From: Chiloscyllium plagiosum
Taxonomy: Eukaryota
DNA: 64,000 nt
Direction of reading: 5' to 3'
Assembly (NCBI RefSeq): GCF_004010195.1
Contig: NC_057711.1
Coordinates: 71,000,070 to 71,064,069, forward strand
Shown: piece by piece, positions 37,102-50,526 of the stretch
How positions within the stretch are numbered: the first letter of the stretch is position 1
Layout: the number at the start of each line of letters is the position of its first letter
Program-made: the position numbers and the translations under genes
The notes under the pieces: generated by a model
What the model saw: the letters and a program-made list of their open reading frames with translations, nothing else
Database searches by the model: none
What the model was told of the DNA's origin: nothing

Positions 37102-39926
37102 TATTGTATTAATACAATCGAGTTGAACCACAAGCTGAATTCTGTGTCCCTTAGTCCGCTTCACTGAGAAGAGTGGTTGGGTGAAGTATTTTTAATACAT
37201 AAACTGGTCAAAGAGACCAAAACATGGACATCAGTAGCCTCCTTCAGTGCCATAACACTTCTATGACGTAATTTAAATACCAGTATAAAAGTCTGAGTTA
37301 GGCTGTTTGCCTTGTGAAAATGGTATTTCAATCTTTGCCTTATCATTAAAATATTTTGATTAGCTTGAAGTTGCTGTATTTCCAAGCCAGACATGAACAA
37401 GACTTATCTTTCTGAGACATGTCTTAGGAATTCAAATCAAAGTACCTTTTAATGATGTGACGAGTTGTAGTCAACAAATCCTTGACTCATTAATTGTTCT
37501 TGGTGTTTTAAAGTTATAAGATGTAAAACTATAACTTATTTGTGTCTTTTCGTCCTCTCAAAGATGGTTTATCCAATTTTTCTTTTCCTGTCTTTATTTC
37601 TTTTTATGTACATGGTTTGGTATTCAATCTAACTGCTTTACTTGACACTTCTTTATCTGTTATAGATTCATAGAGATGTACAGAACAGAAACAGACCCTT
37701 CAGTCCAATTTGTCCATGCCGACCAGATATCCATACCCACCTGCCAGCACCCAGCCCATATACCTCCAAACTCTTCCGATTCATATACCCATCGAGATGT
37801 CTTTTAAATGTTGCAATTGTACAAGCCTCCACCACTTCCTCTGGCAGCCCATTCCACACACGCACTACCCTCTGTGTGAAAAGGTTGCCCCTTAGGTCTC
37901 TTTTATATCTTTCCCCTCACCCTAAACCTATGCCCTCTAGTCCTGGACTCCCCCACTCCAGGTAAAAGACTTTGTGTATTTATCCTATCCATGGCCCTCA
38001 TGATTTTATAGACCCCTATAACATTACCTCCCAACCTCCGATGCTCCAAGGAAAACAGCCCCAGCCTATTCAACCTCTCCCTATAGCTCAAATCCTCCAA
38101 CCCTGGCAACATCCTTGTGAATCTTTTCTGAATCCTTTCAAGTTTCAGAACATCCTTCCAATAGGAAGAAGATCAGAATTGCACGCAATATTCCAAAAGT
38201 GGCCTAACCAATATCTTTACAACCGCAACTTGACCTCCCAACTCCTGTACTCAATACTCTGACCAATAAAGGAAAGCATACAAAGCATTCTTTATCCTAC
38301 CTACCTGTGACTCCACTTTCAAGGAACTATGAACCTGCACCCCAAGGTCTCTTTGTTCAGCAACACTCCCTTACCATTACATGTATTAGTCCTGCTAGGA
38401 TTTGCTTTCCCAAAATGCAGCACCTTGCATTTATCTAAATTAAACTCCATCTGCCACTTCTCAGCCCATTGGCTCATCTGATCAAGATCCTATTATAATC
38501 CAAGGTAACCTTTTTCGCTGTCCACTACACCTCCAATTTTGGTGCCATCCGCAAACTTACTAACTATACCTCTTAAGCTCATATCCAAATCATTTATATA
38601 AATGATGAAACGTAGTGCATCCAGCACCGATCCTTGTGGTACTCCAATGGTTACAGGCCTCCAAACTGAAAACCAACCCTCAACCACCACCCTCTGTCTT
38701 GTATCTTTGAGCCAGTTCTGTATCCAAATGGCTAGTTCTCCCTTTATTCGCTGAGATCTAACCTTGCTAACCAGTCTCCCATGGGGAACCTTGTCAAACA
38801 CCTTACTGAAGTCCCAATAGATCACATTTACCACTTTGCCCTCATCAATCCTCTTTGTTCCTTCTTCAAAAAACTCAATCAAGTTTGTGAAACATGACTT
38901 CTCACACACAAAGCCATGTTGACTATCCCTAATCAGTCCTTGCCTTTCCAAATACAAGTATATCCTGTCCATCAGGATTCCCTCCAACAACTTGCCCACC
39001 ACCGAGATCAGGTTCACTGGTCTATAGTTCCCTGGCTTGTCCTTACCACCCTTCTTAAACAGTGGCACCACGTTAGCCAACCTCCAATCTTCCGGAACCT
39101 CATTGATGACTATCGATGATACAAATATCTCAGCAAGAGGCCCAGCAATCACTTCTCTAGCTTCCCACAGAGTTCGAGGTTATACCTGATCAGGTCCTGG
39201 GGAATTATCCACTTTTATGCATTTCAAGACATCCAGCACTTCCTCCTCTGTAACATGGACATTTTTCAAGATGTCACCATCTATTTCCTTGCATTCTGTA
39301 TCTTCCATGTCCTTTCCCGCAGTAAACACTGATGCAAAATACTCATTTAGTATCTCCCATTTTCTGCGGCTCCACACAAAGGCTGCCTTGCTGATCTTTG
39401 AGGGGCCCTATTCTCTCCCTAGTTATCCTTTTGTCCTTAATGTATTTGTAAAAACTCATTGAATTCTCTTTAACTCTATTTGCCAAAGCTATCTCATGTC
39501 TGCTTTTTGCCCTCCTAATTTCCCTCTTAAGAATACTCCTACTGCTTTATACACTTTTAAGAATTCACTTGATCTCTTTTGTATGTACTGGACATATGCT
39601 CCCTCCTTCTTCTTAAGGAAACCTACAAATTCTTTAGTCATCCAGCATTCCCTATACCCTATCAGCTTTTCTTTTCACCCTAACAGGAATATACTGCACT
39701 CTCTTTATCTCATGTTTGAAGGCACCCCATTTTCCAGCCATCCCTTTGCTTGCGAACATCTGCCCCCAATCAGCTTTTAAAAGTTCTTGCCTAATACCAT
39801 CAAAATTAGCTAATTTAGAACTTCAACTTTTCGATCTGGTCTATCTTTTTCTATCACTATTTTAAAACTAATAGAATTATAGTCGCTGGCCCCAGAGTGC
39901 TCCCCCACTAACACCTCAGTCACCTG

Positions 39927-40050
39927 GACAAAAGTGAGGGCTGCAGATGCTGGAAACCAGAGTCTAGATTAGAGTGGTGCTGGAAAAGCACAGCAGGTCA
40001 GGCAGCATCTGAGGAGCAGGAAAATTGATGTTTTGGGCAAAAGCCCTTTT
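39927..40050 (-). mobile_element. Mini-PLE (family A variant) inserted in CR1 ORF2 with host deletion
   Basis: Same sequence as 32400-32480; ends in a decayed hammerhead (reverse complement gggcttttgcccaaaacatc). Confidence 0.85.
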
Positions 40051-41036
40051 CCCTCTGACTGCTAAAGGGTCTACAATACAATCCCAATAAGGTGATCATC
40101 CTTTTCTTATCTCTCAGTTTCACCCAAATAACTTCCCTGGATGTATTTCTGGGAATATCCTCCCTCAGTACAGCTGTAATGCTATCCCTTATCAAAAATG
40201 CCACTCCCCATCCTCTCTTGCCTCCCTTTCTATCTTTCCTGTAGCATTTGTATCCTGAAACATTCAGCCGCCAGTCCTGTCCATCTCTGAGCAATGTTTC
40301 TGTAATTGCTACGATATCCCAATCCCATGTTTCTAACCATACCCTGAGTTCATCAGCCTTCCCTGTTCGGCCCCTGGCATTGAAATAAATGCAGTTTAAT
40401 TTATCAGTCCTACCTTGTTCTCTGCTTTGTCCCTGCCTGCCCTGACTGTTTGACTCACTTCTTTTCTCAACTGTACCAGTCTCAGATTGATCTCTTTCCT
40501 CATTATCTCCCTGGGTCCCACCCCCACCTTACTAGTTTAAATCTTCCCAAGCAGCTCTAGCAAATCTCCCTGCCAGTATATTAGCCTCCTTCCAATTCAG
40601 ATGCAATCCTTCCTTCTTATACAGGTCACCTGTAGCCCAGAAAAGATTTCAATTATCCAAAAATGTGAATCCTTCTTCCATACACCAGCTTCTCTGCCAT
40701 GAATTCATCTGCTCTATCCTCCTATTCCTACCCTCACTAGCTCTTAGCACCAGGAGTAATCCAGCTATTACTACTCTCGAGGACCTCCTTTTTAAATTCC
40801 TGCCTAACTCTCTACATTCTCCCTTCAGAATCTCATCCTTTTCCCTTCCTATGTCATTGGTCCCAATGTGTACAATGACCTCCTGTTGGCCCCTCGTCCC
40901 CTTGAGAACATTCTGCACCCTCTCTGAAACATCCTTGATCCTGGCACCAGGAAAGCAACACACCATTCTGATTTTTTGCTGCTGGCCACAGAAACGTCTG
41001 CCTGTACCTCGGACTACAGAATCCCCTAAAACAATT

Positions 41037-41359
41037 AGTGGGTGGCACGGTGGCACAGTGGTTAGCACTGCTGCCTCACAGTGCCAGAGACCCGGGTTCA
41101 ATTCCCGCCTCAGGCAACTGACTGTGTGGAGTTTGTACATTCTCCCCGTGTCTGCGTGGGTTTCCTCCGAGTACTCCGGTTTCCTCCTACAGTCCAAAAA
41201 TGTGCAGGTTAGGTGAATTGACCATGCTAAATTGCCCGTAGTGCTAGGTGCAGGGGCAAATGTAGGGGAATAGGTCTGGTTGGGTGCACTTTGGCGGGTC
41301 GGTGCGGACTTGTTGGGCTGAAGGGCCTGTTTCCACATTGTAAGTAATCTAATCTAAAA
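41037..41359 (+). mobile_element. HE1-type SINE inserted in CR1 ORF1
   Basis: Head gggtggcacggtggcacagtggttagc, B-box gggttcaattccc and tail taatctaatct. TSD aaaacaatt at 41028-41036 and 41360-41368. Confidence 0.93.
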
Positions 41360-42095
41360 AAAACAATTGATCTCTTGGAAGCCGACGTACCTCTCATTAC
41401 ATTAGAGCCAGTCTCAATACCAGAAACTTGGCTGTTCGTGCTACATTTCCCCTGACAATCCATCACCCCCTACATATTCTAAAACAGCATACTTGTTTGA
41501 AATGGGGATAGCCACAGAAAATGCCTGCACTACCTGCCTATCACTCTTACCTTTCCTGGAGTTAACCCATCTATGTGACTGCATCTGCAACTTTTCTCCC
41601 TTCCTATAACTGCCATCCATCACATATCCTTGCTCTTGTAAATTCCTCATTGCCTTTAACTGGCGCTCCAACCGTTCCATTCGATCTGATAGGATTCGCA
41701 ATCAATGGGATTTATTGCAGATATAATCCTCAGTAACACGTAAACTCTCCCTAAACTCCCATATCCGGCAAGAAGAGCATATCACTCTACTAAAAGCCAT
41801 TTTTGCTTCTTCCAATCTGCAGACCCAGAAAATAGCACTGTCTTATTCCTCTACAAAACACTGCTCCAGCTTAGCTGTTTTTTCAATCTGATCATTTAAA
41901 GTGATAATTAGTTGTTTGACCTTTCCAATGGATGGCCAGTTTCTTTCACTGATATCAAGTTGCACTTCTAACACCTTGTGATGCAAAATATAAATCATCT
42001 ATGTTTAAACGTTAGCTGAAATAAAAGTTGCCAGTATTAAATGACCTGCTACAGCATATTGTGACTCATTGAGTTTTTGATTACTGCGGGCATAT

Positions 42096-43222
42096 GAAGA
42101 ACAAAAAAAAACTTTACAGCACAGGAACAGGCCCTTCGGTCCTCCAAGCCCGAGCCAATCCAAATTCACTGTCTAAACCTTTCGCCCAATTCCTAAACAT
42201 CTGTATCCTTCTGCTCCTCATCTACTCATGCATCTGTCCAGACGCACTTTCACTGAATCTACAGTGCTAGTCCCTACTATCTCTGCTGGCAACACGTTCC
42301 AGCACCTACCACCCTCTGTGTAAAGTACTTGCCATGTGTATCCCACTTAAACCTTTCACCTCTCAACTTGAATGCATTACCTCTCATTATTGAATCCCTC
42401 ACCCTGGGAAAAAGCTTATGTCTATCCACCCTGTCTATACCCTTCATGATTTTGTAGACCACAATCAGGTCCCCCCTCAATCTCCTTTTTTCTAATGAAA
42501 ACAATCCTAACCTACTCAACCTCTCTTCATAGCTAGCACCTTTCATACCAGGCAACATCCTCAGAAACCTTCTCTGCACCTTCTCCAAAGCGTCCACATC
42601 CTTTTGGTAATGTGGCGACCAGAAGTATATACAGGATTCTAAATGCAGCCAATCTAATGTCTTGTTCAATTTTAACATGACCTGCCAATTCTTATACTCA
42701 ATTCCCCGTCCGATGAGGGCAAGCATATCATATGCCTTCTTGACCACTCTATCCACCTGTGCAGTCACCTTCAGGGTGCAATGGACCTGAACTCCCACGT
42801 CGCTCTGCTCATCAAATTTTCCCAAGGTTCTTCCATTTACAGTACAATTCGCTCTAGAATTAGACTTCACTAAATGCATCTCCTCACATTTGCCTGGATT
42901 GAACTCCATCTGCCACTTCTCTGCCCAACTCTTCAGTCTATCCATATTCTCCTGTATTAACAGTCCCCTATGCTTTCTGCTACTCCAGCAATTTTAGTGT
43001 GATCTGCAAACTTGCTGATCAGATCAACAATGCCCTCTTCCAGATAATTTATGTATATCACAACAGTGGCCCCAGCACTGATCCCTGTGGAATACAACTG
43101 GTCCCCTTTCTCCATTTCAATAAACTCCTTTCAACTGCTACTCTCTGTCTCCTGTTACTCAACCAGTTCTTTATCCATCTAGCTAGAATACCCTGTATAC
43201 CATGTGACTTCACTTTCTCCAT
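42096..43222 (-). mobile_element. CR1 LINE (second subfamily, aagaacaa tail), 5'-truncated
   Basis: ORF 42277-42945 is an ORF2 C-terminus; same subfamily as 57095-61075. Confidence 0.92.
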
Positions 43223-43664
43223 ATAAGAGACAGAAGAAAACTGCCTCCTGATCACAGTCTTATCTAATAAACAAAAGTGAGGATCTTACAAAGCTTGAGG
43301 TAACTTTTGCAATGAAGGCCAAGGTTTTGTAGCAAGAATGATATTGAAACAATAGCATTTGCTGACATTATTCTGCTGAAACTGACAGCAAAGTCTGGAA
43401 TCCACACAACCAATGAAAGCTAAATGCTGCTGTTGCTTTTGGTACATTGTTGAAGTCCCCACAGACTGTTATCCTCTGTAAGTAACTCAACTGCTTTGAT
43501 ACATTATTTGTGTCGGTGTCAATAACCACTGAAAAGTTAAACCTTGTTGAATTTGGCATAACTGACGTTTTAGTGGTACACTAGGTGCATAATTCCGACT
43601 GTGAACACCTCTGATGCTGAAGAATAAATTTTATGTTTGTAGTTTGTCAATTTTGTCAAGGTGA

Positions 43665-43937
43665 AGAGATGGCCTCGTGGTATTGTCATTAGACTTTAAT
43701 CGAGAATCTAAACTAATGTTCTTGGAACACTGATTGAATCCCATACAAGGCAGATGGGGAAATTCAAATTTATGAAATATATATGGAATTAAGAATCTAT
43801 TGAAGATTGTGATGGGGAATAAAACCCATCTGGGCTCAGTAATTAACTTCAGGGAAGGAGGTCTGCTATTCCTACCTGGTCTGGCCTACATGTGACTCCA
43901 GACACATACTGATACTTAACTGCCCTCTGAAATGGCA
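43665..43937 (+). mobile_element. Deu-domain (SacSINE1-like) SINE
   Basis: tRNA-like head, then aaaacccatctgg...agggaaggaggtctgc...cctggtctggcctacatgtgactccagac...ttaactgccctctgaaatggc. Confidence 0.7.
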
Positions 43938-46900
43938 AGATTATCTGTCAGATTACTTCTGTTTTTCAGTCTGTGAGAATGCATTCATATGCTTGACTGC
44001 TTACCCTGCTTGGCGATATTACTGTTGCTGGACACCTAGATATCACAGCTTGACGTCAGGTTGATACAAACACTGGGAAAGGGGAAATCCACATTCCAGG
44101 AAATGCTAGATTTTTGTCGGTCACTGGTCAACAGTTTCACTGTTGCATCACTGCAATCTGGGTTAATATTTATAGAGAGAATAATACGTTCTTACCAACA
44201 TGTTTGTACCTCTGGTTGTAACTTCCTTCAAGGTCATGCAGGTTCAATCTAATGGCATTCTGTTTGACACTGAGCTGAGCTTTTCATCTTGTAATTGGCC
44301 TGTTGCCAAGACCTAATCCTTCACATCTAGGACATTTTTTTCTCTCTGCACCTATTTGTTTACCATTGATTATCTTTAACCTGGCTTTGCCACTGCTACT
44401 GCTCCTTCAATCCATACTGTTATCGCATTGTGGATTGATTTCGCAGATGTTATTCTCACTGGTCCCTCTGTCTCTACACTTTATCTAATCTAATAAAATA
44501 TCCAATTCAGGGCTCTGCACTTCAGGATGAATGTAAAAGCTTAGGAGAGGGTGCAGAAAAGATTTCATAGAATGGTTCTAGGGATCATGGACATTGGTTA
44601 AGTAGATAGAATTGAGTAGCTGGGGTTTTTCTCCTGTAGGAGCCATAGACTGCAGATAATTGGAAAGTGGGATCATCTGAAGATACCAAACATGGTCTGG
44701 TCTGCTCCACTACAGCCCTAGTGGCAACATAAGCTGCATTGTATCATTGTAGCCCTTGTCTCCCAGCAGCCATTATGGTATATCCTGAGGACATTGCAAG
44801 AAGTTAGTAACCTGACATTTTGTTTTACTAGTCATATGTTGCAGACAGTGATTTTTAAGAATAATTTAACCACACAGCTTCTACCTTCAAAAGAACTGAT
44901 AATTCATGTATTTGCATTGTTAAATTGTCTTTATGCTGAACTCATGGGGTCCGCTGGGCTCAGCCTGAGGCCAACCAAGTCACCAACCTTCAAAACTATA
45001 TATCTTTTAATTTCACTGAACTTTAAGATACACAATCTCTCCTTACACTTTACAATCTATTCATCTATGAATTTTCTTCAAATGTGTATGCCTCAAAGTT
45101 GCATTGTTTTTATTTTTTGCTTAGACTGGGTTGAGTACAGTAAATATTACTCTCCTTTTTAGAAACTCATGAAACCTGTCTGATTGTTTATGTTATAGTC
45201 ACAGCACATAAGCAGTTAAATACTCATCAAATTGGAAAGCAGGAGGAGTGGAAAAAGGAGGGAACTATTTTAACTCTGCTCACCTGGCTATGACAGTAGT
45301 GCTGGCAAAAGAAAAACACTTGAATTTCTTTATTATTTTTCATGCTCTCACTTTAGTCACAAATTAAGAAATTTTGAAGTTTAGTTAATCTTGTAATGTT
45401 GAAGTGCCAGCATTGATGTCAGTTTTTCTTTTGCCTCAAGCTACCTTAATTTGATTAGCTTTATTGTTGGGTATATGTTCTAAACAGAAACAACTCACAA
45501 ATCATCATGGTAACTGAGGGATTAACTGGATCCAACAAAACTGTAGCAAAATATTTAGCACTGCTTTGTTTGCAAAGTTAAAACATCTGCAATCATTCCA
45601 GCATCAATTCTTTTTCAAGGTGACATTATCACATGCTTAACAGCTTTCCTAGTTTTTCAAAGAGAGATCTTGCCTCTAAGACGCCACATAAATCTATCTC
45701 CTGTCAACATCACTCGGGTCACCGTTCAAAACATTTCTGAATATACTGTTACTTTGAGGTTCATGTGTTTCAGTGTTTACTCTCTGATACAAATGTTGGG
45801 TAAATATTCAAAACTTATTATAATTTGACAATTGTTTCATTACAATTTCAGTGTAATAACATACTTTGATGCATAATAGGCCAATATCTTTGGAACAAGC
45901 TTTTTGCAAGTTTACGTGATTGGCACACATTAGGAAGAGTGTTAGAACCTTCTGCAAACGTGGCCAACAGCTGTAGTGTGATACCTTTATTACTCTGGGT
46001 CAAGAGTTGACTCTAAGTGATTTAAATAATGGCAACACAAGAACTAGATGTGAATTGGATCCACTTGATCTGCAGTGAAAGAAGTATCTTTTCAGCGGGA
46101 TCATTGGATTTAAATGATGGATTATGGCAAAGGAGTAGTTGAAGAAAACATATGTTGTACAGAAAGACATTGAGCCTCAAACATTTGCGTGGCTATTGGG
46201 GGAATGCTGTTGAATTAATTAACTGGAACTTTGTTTTAGATCTTCAGATAAAGGCTTTCAGTACTAACAATACATATAGATATAAATTTAGTTGTGCATT
46301 GGGTGACTTAGACAATAAAACCTTTTATAGCTTATTTAACTTTCCACTCTAGTGATCAAAGTTATTAATTACTGTATAGAGAACAAATTCCCAATGGAGG
46401 AAAAGAAGTATCTGCATCCTACGACAAAATCTCAACTAAAGCAATGGATCTGTAAATGTCAAATATCCAATGCCTCATTTCATGTAAGATCAAGATGAGC
46501 ATGAAGCTACTTATTTAAATCAAGAATGATTTTTAAAATATAATTTGAACATTACTCCCTGAATGGGTATGCCTATTTTATTATATGTGATTTGCTACCT
46601 GCTGCTTTCACTATGCAATGCAATGGGAGAAAATTTGATCAGGGAATCAAGTTAAGGGCTGGATTGTAAATGGTTTTTGCACAGCCAGTTTAGAATAGGT
46701 ATAAGCAATTTATGATCATCTAAGACCATTCAAATTCACACATCTATCAGAAATATGCTAAACCAGAGCTCTTAAATGATAATAAAAGAAATTATCTCTA
46801 TTGAAAGTATCATTTGCAGGACCCCTATTTCATGGTTCCTAAAATAAGTCAAGTTCTGTTTTTTATCTCAAATTTTATCAGTATGTTGAGAAATGCATTG

Positions 46901-49064
46901 CAAAATTTGCTCCTACGGGGACTAAATGGAACAGCTTACTTTTTTTATTATTTGGCATGACAGGATTTGAAGAATAGCACTTTTCAATGCCAGGCATTTT
47001 TGTAGGAGAAGCACAAATCTGTTTTTAACTTTTTTTTGTAAATGCTGAAGTGAGGTTTCCCCTGATGATTTAGTAGTTTGGCTTCAGGCAAGATGGTTTT
47101 GTTTCTTCTTGTTTGCACGATTGGAGTATTAATCATTGTAGATGTGAACATTTTTGCCTTCTAAACTTCACTGGAAAACTATTGGGTGAAAGTAATCATT
47201 TTCATAATGAGTTGCAAATGCAAAGGACCTAGAGTTATCCTGTTCCATTGCTTCATAGGGACTGAATAAAACACATTTTGCTTTTATTAAATGGGATGAC
47301 AGAAATTCTAGCCATTTTGTGGTGATTACATTTCCCAATTGTGTTTCTTTTTAATTAAAGACATTGGTTTATGTTGAATAAATGAGTTAAATACAGTTTA
47401 AATCAAAAGGGATTGAAGTTTTATGCCACTGCTTGGTGGATCACATAGTAGAAGTTCAGCCCCCTTTTTATGAAAAACATTAATCTAAGATCTTAAAATT
47501 AGGCTAATGTGCTTTCCCCCTCACCATTATAATCACCAGCTGTTTTTGCACAAAGCTCCATTCTTCATGTGTGAATTTAGATATTGATTGTCAGTAGAAT
47601 AAGAACATAATAGCCAAGCTTGATTCTGTTTTGAGCATAAACATCCTTTTGTTTCTAACTAGTCCAACTACCATCACAGGATCAAGGTTGATAATTCTCC
47701 TCCCTAGACAAGGGAAGCTGAAGTAGCATATGGCATTCCCACAGCAGTCCAATGAAGTTCAGTTTCCAATATTTGGACAGAGATGGCATTCATGGGTCAT
47801 GGGTCTTGACAGTTCATTTATCTATTGAGCTGAGGTAAGTTGTGCTTATTGTTGATTTGTTTGCGATGGCTTAGTAGAAGAAAAGAGAAATTATTCAAAT
47901 AAATGACAAAGATGAATGACTACTTCATCAGAATACCCATTGGCATCAATTTCATGAAACAGACTGGAGCTGAGGGAGCACTCAGCAGGATTTTACAGAA
48001 AACAAAGTTGCTTAACTCAGGAAAGTCTATGGTAAGTCCACTTAAACAGTGCATTGAACCAAACAATCTACCAAACATACAAATAACATCAAAAAGTTAT
48101 TGTAGACTTAACTGCAGCAACATGTACAATTCAAAAGCGCAATTTATTTTGCAAAATTCACTAGGTGGAGGCTATGCGACTTATATAAAAGATCATTCTC
48201 AGCAATTTACAGCAATGGCTCCAGGGATGAAGGATGGTATAATTTCCTAAACATCCTTATGCTGGACAAGAATCATATTGTCATTCCAAGCAACCCTATG
48301 TCATTAACTACTGGCATCACTCCTGCACAAACCTCCAACCCGCTTATCGTCTACGACCACATTTTGTCATATTTAATGATGCAACTTGTGATGTGCTCAT
48401 GTTGCAAAGGAATCTATTGTTTTGATTTGCCAAAGCTCTCAGCATTGTATCCACTACTGAGCACTCCATCCTCTACTCCCATTTGAATATCGCCAGGCAG
48501 GTGCAGTGCGGGCAGAGATGGTTTGAGTGGATAGTTGTATACAGTAGTGGTTAAGGATGAGCTGAATTGAGTTCCACCCAAAACATTATGTTACATTCTT
48601 GGGGTAGAGACAGTGAGGTCTACATAAGTCTTTATAGTGATCAAATGTATTCTCCACTTCTCCTGAAATTTCTTTCTAATTATGCCTGACTGGTAAAATA
48701 ACTTTGCTTATTTCAACTATGCAATAAACTATGTCATTAACTAAGACAAGTGCCTTTGCTGTTTAGACTCACCATTGGTCTATCCTCTACCACTGATAAT
48801 CAGACAGGGCATAGACCTCCATGTAGACAAAGGAGGATGGGTGGTAGCAATCTGCCTCAAACAATCCTTACCCTGTGCCATTTTCCTGGCCGAGATGGCA
48901 GGTACACCAAGTGCAAGCAGTGGCAATCATGCAAATACCAAAGATGGAAACAGGGTTTCTTCCTGTTGGGATGGATCTTGCCAACATTAGGACACTACAA
49001 TGGCATGGGGGATTGAACTAGAGGCCATCTTCTAGCCTGTAAGTAGGTCAATGCAGCCTACCAT

Positions 49065-49641
49065 ATAAAACTATATAAAACCCTTGTTAGGCCGCATTTG
49101 GAGTATTGTGTGCAGTTTTGGTCGCCACACTACCAGAAGGGCATGGAATGTTTGGAGAGAGTGCAAATAAGGTTCACCAGGATGTTGCCTGGTCTCAGGG
49201 GCATTGGCGATGAGGAAAGGTTAAAAAGCACTAGGATTGTTTTCACTGGAAAGACAGCAGCTGAGAGGAGATCTGATAGAAGTCAACAAAATTACGAGAA
49301 GCATAGGAAGGGTGGATCGCTAAAGGCTTTTCCCCACGGTCGAAGTTTCAATTACAAAGGAGCACAGGTTCAAGGTGAGAAGGGGAAAATTTAAGGGAGA
49401 TGCGCAAGGGAACTTTTTCACGGTGTGAGACATGGTAGGAGCCTGGAATGGATTGCTGGAAGAGGTGGTGGAAGCAGGCACGTTAGGGACATTTAAGAGG
49501 AATCTGGCTGGGTAAGTGAATAGTAAGGGAGTACAGGGATATGGACCGAATAAGGGCAGAAAGTTTGTTTTTAGTTTAGTTCAGGCATGATGATTGGCAC
49601 AGGCTTGGAGGGTCTGTGCTGTTCTTCTCTTTTGTTCTTTT
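49065..49641 (+). mobile_element. CR1 3' fragment
   Basis: LEYCVQFWSPHYQKG...LERVQIRFTRMLPGL; tgttctt tail. Confidence 0.88.
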
Positions 49642-49944
49642 GGACCTGACAGTCTAGTTCAGTATGTATGCTGATGCCAATGTTTAATTGAATTGCAGCA
49701 GATGAGAGAGATTCCTTGTGTTATCTTACTTTCTTTTCATTAAGCTACGAGCTAACAGCCTTCTCGCACACAGTGATAGACAGTCTTTACCTGCAATACA
49801 GAGGTATCTTGAGGACAAAAGTAGAAGTGTTGGAGGAAATCAGCAGTTCTGGCAGCATCAGTAGAAAGAAAAATAGAGTTAATGTGTTGACTCCAATGAA
49901 TCTTCACCAGAACTGGAAAGTTATGTATTTATGCTGATAACGGA

Positions 49945-50137
49945 GTGTGTGTGTGTGTGTGGGTCTGGTTATGTCCGTGTGTGTCCATGTGTGTCCGTCC
50001 GTGTCCGTGTGTGTGTGTGTCCGGGTGTCAGTGTCTGTGTGTGTGAATGTGTGTCCATGTGTGGGTGTCCATGTGTCTGTGTGTGTCCGTATCTGTGTGT
50101 GTCCTTGTGTGTGTATGTGTGTCCTTGTGTGTGTGTC
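49945..50137. repeat. Degenerate (TG)n/(GTGTCC)n simple repeat; a GA-rich run follows at 50296-50345
   Basis: Seen directly in the sequence. Confidence 0.95.
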
Positions 50138-50139
50138 CA

Positions 50140-50272
50140 CAAGCACTAGCTTTCGGACCGCTGCTCCTTCAACAGGTAGGTAGTGCTTCCAAATGAACCT
50201 GTTGGATTATAACCTGGTGTTGTGTGATTTTTAACTTTGTCCCCCACAGTCCAATACCGTTTCCTCCACATC
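50140..50272. mobile_element. Family C mini-element with mutated minus-strand hammerhead (50144-50175)
   Basis: Reverse complement ctgttga-a-ggagc-agc-ggtcc-gaaagcta-gtg, followed by the same arm as 28800-28890. Confidence 0.75.
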
Positions 50273-50526
50273 AGAGTATATGGAGACAGTGCCCAGAGAG
50301 AGAGAGAAACAGAGAAAGAGAGAAAAAAAGAAATAGACAAAGAGACTGGAGAATAGTTCCACCACCGTGACTTTCACAGTATACTAACGCCCAAACCCAG
50401 ACTGGCGCAAATGAAAGCATTTAGTCCTAATGGCACATTCCAGTAGAGTTGAAATTGTCTTTGAACCTCAATTATCGTGTACTATTCAAGGAGAAAAATA
50501 CAAAATAAGTCTCTAGTTTGGGACGT

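Larger units (their letters stand above)
37662..41870 (-). mobile_element. Near full-length CR1/HER1 LINE (ORF1 SGNH esterase, ORF2 APE-RT), disrupted
   Basis: ORF1 IVLGDSVVRG...VCCFPGARI...VIVHIGTNDI. ORF2 [54 protein letters not shown]. 3' tail at about 37665. Confidence 0.95.

Noticed and set aside
34507..37199. Possible LTR hosting the Tx1 insertion (tgtgg...taataca)
   Set aside because: No matching TSD and uncertain boundaries.
40649..41338. 229-aa ORF ending in an SGNH esterase domain
   Set aside because: Chance read-through from an antisense HE1 SINE into CR1 ORF1; the SINE has its own TSD.
891..41359. tRNA genes at SINE heads; CRISPR-like recurrence of short repeats
   Set aside because: Heads do not form full cloverleafs and continue into SINE bodies. 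The repeats are dispersed TE copies, not regularly spaced arrays.
49904..50183. Cys/Val- and His/Thr-rich ORFs
   Set aside because: Translations of the (TG)n simple repeat.
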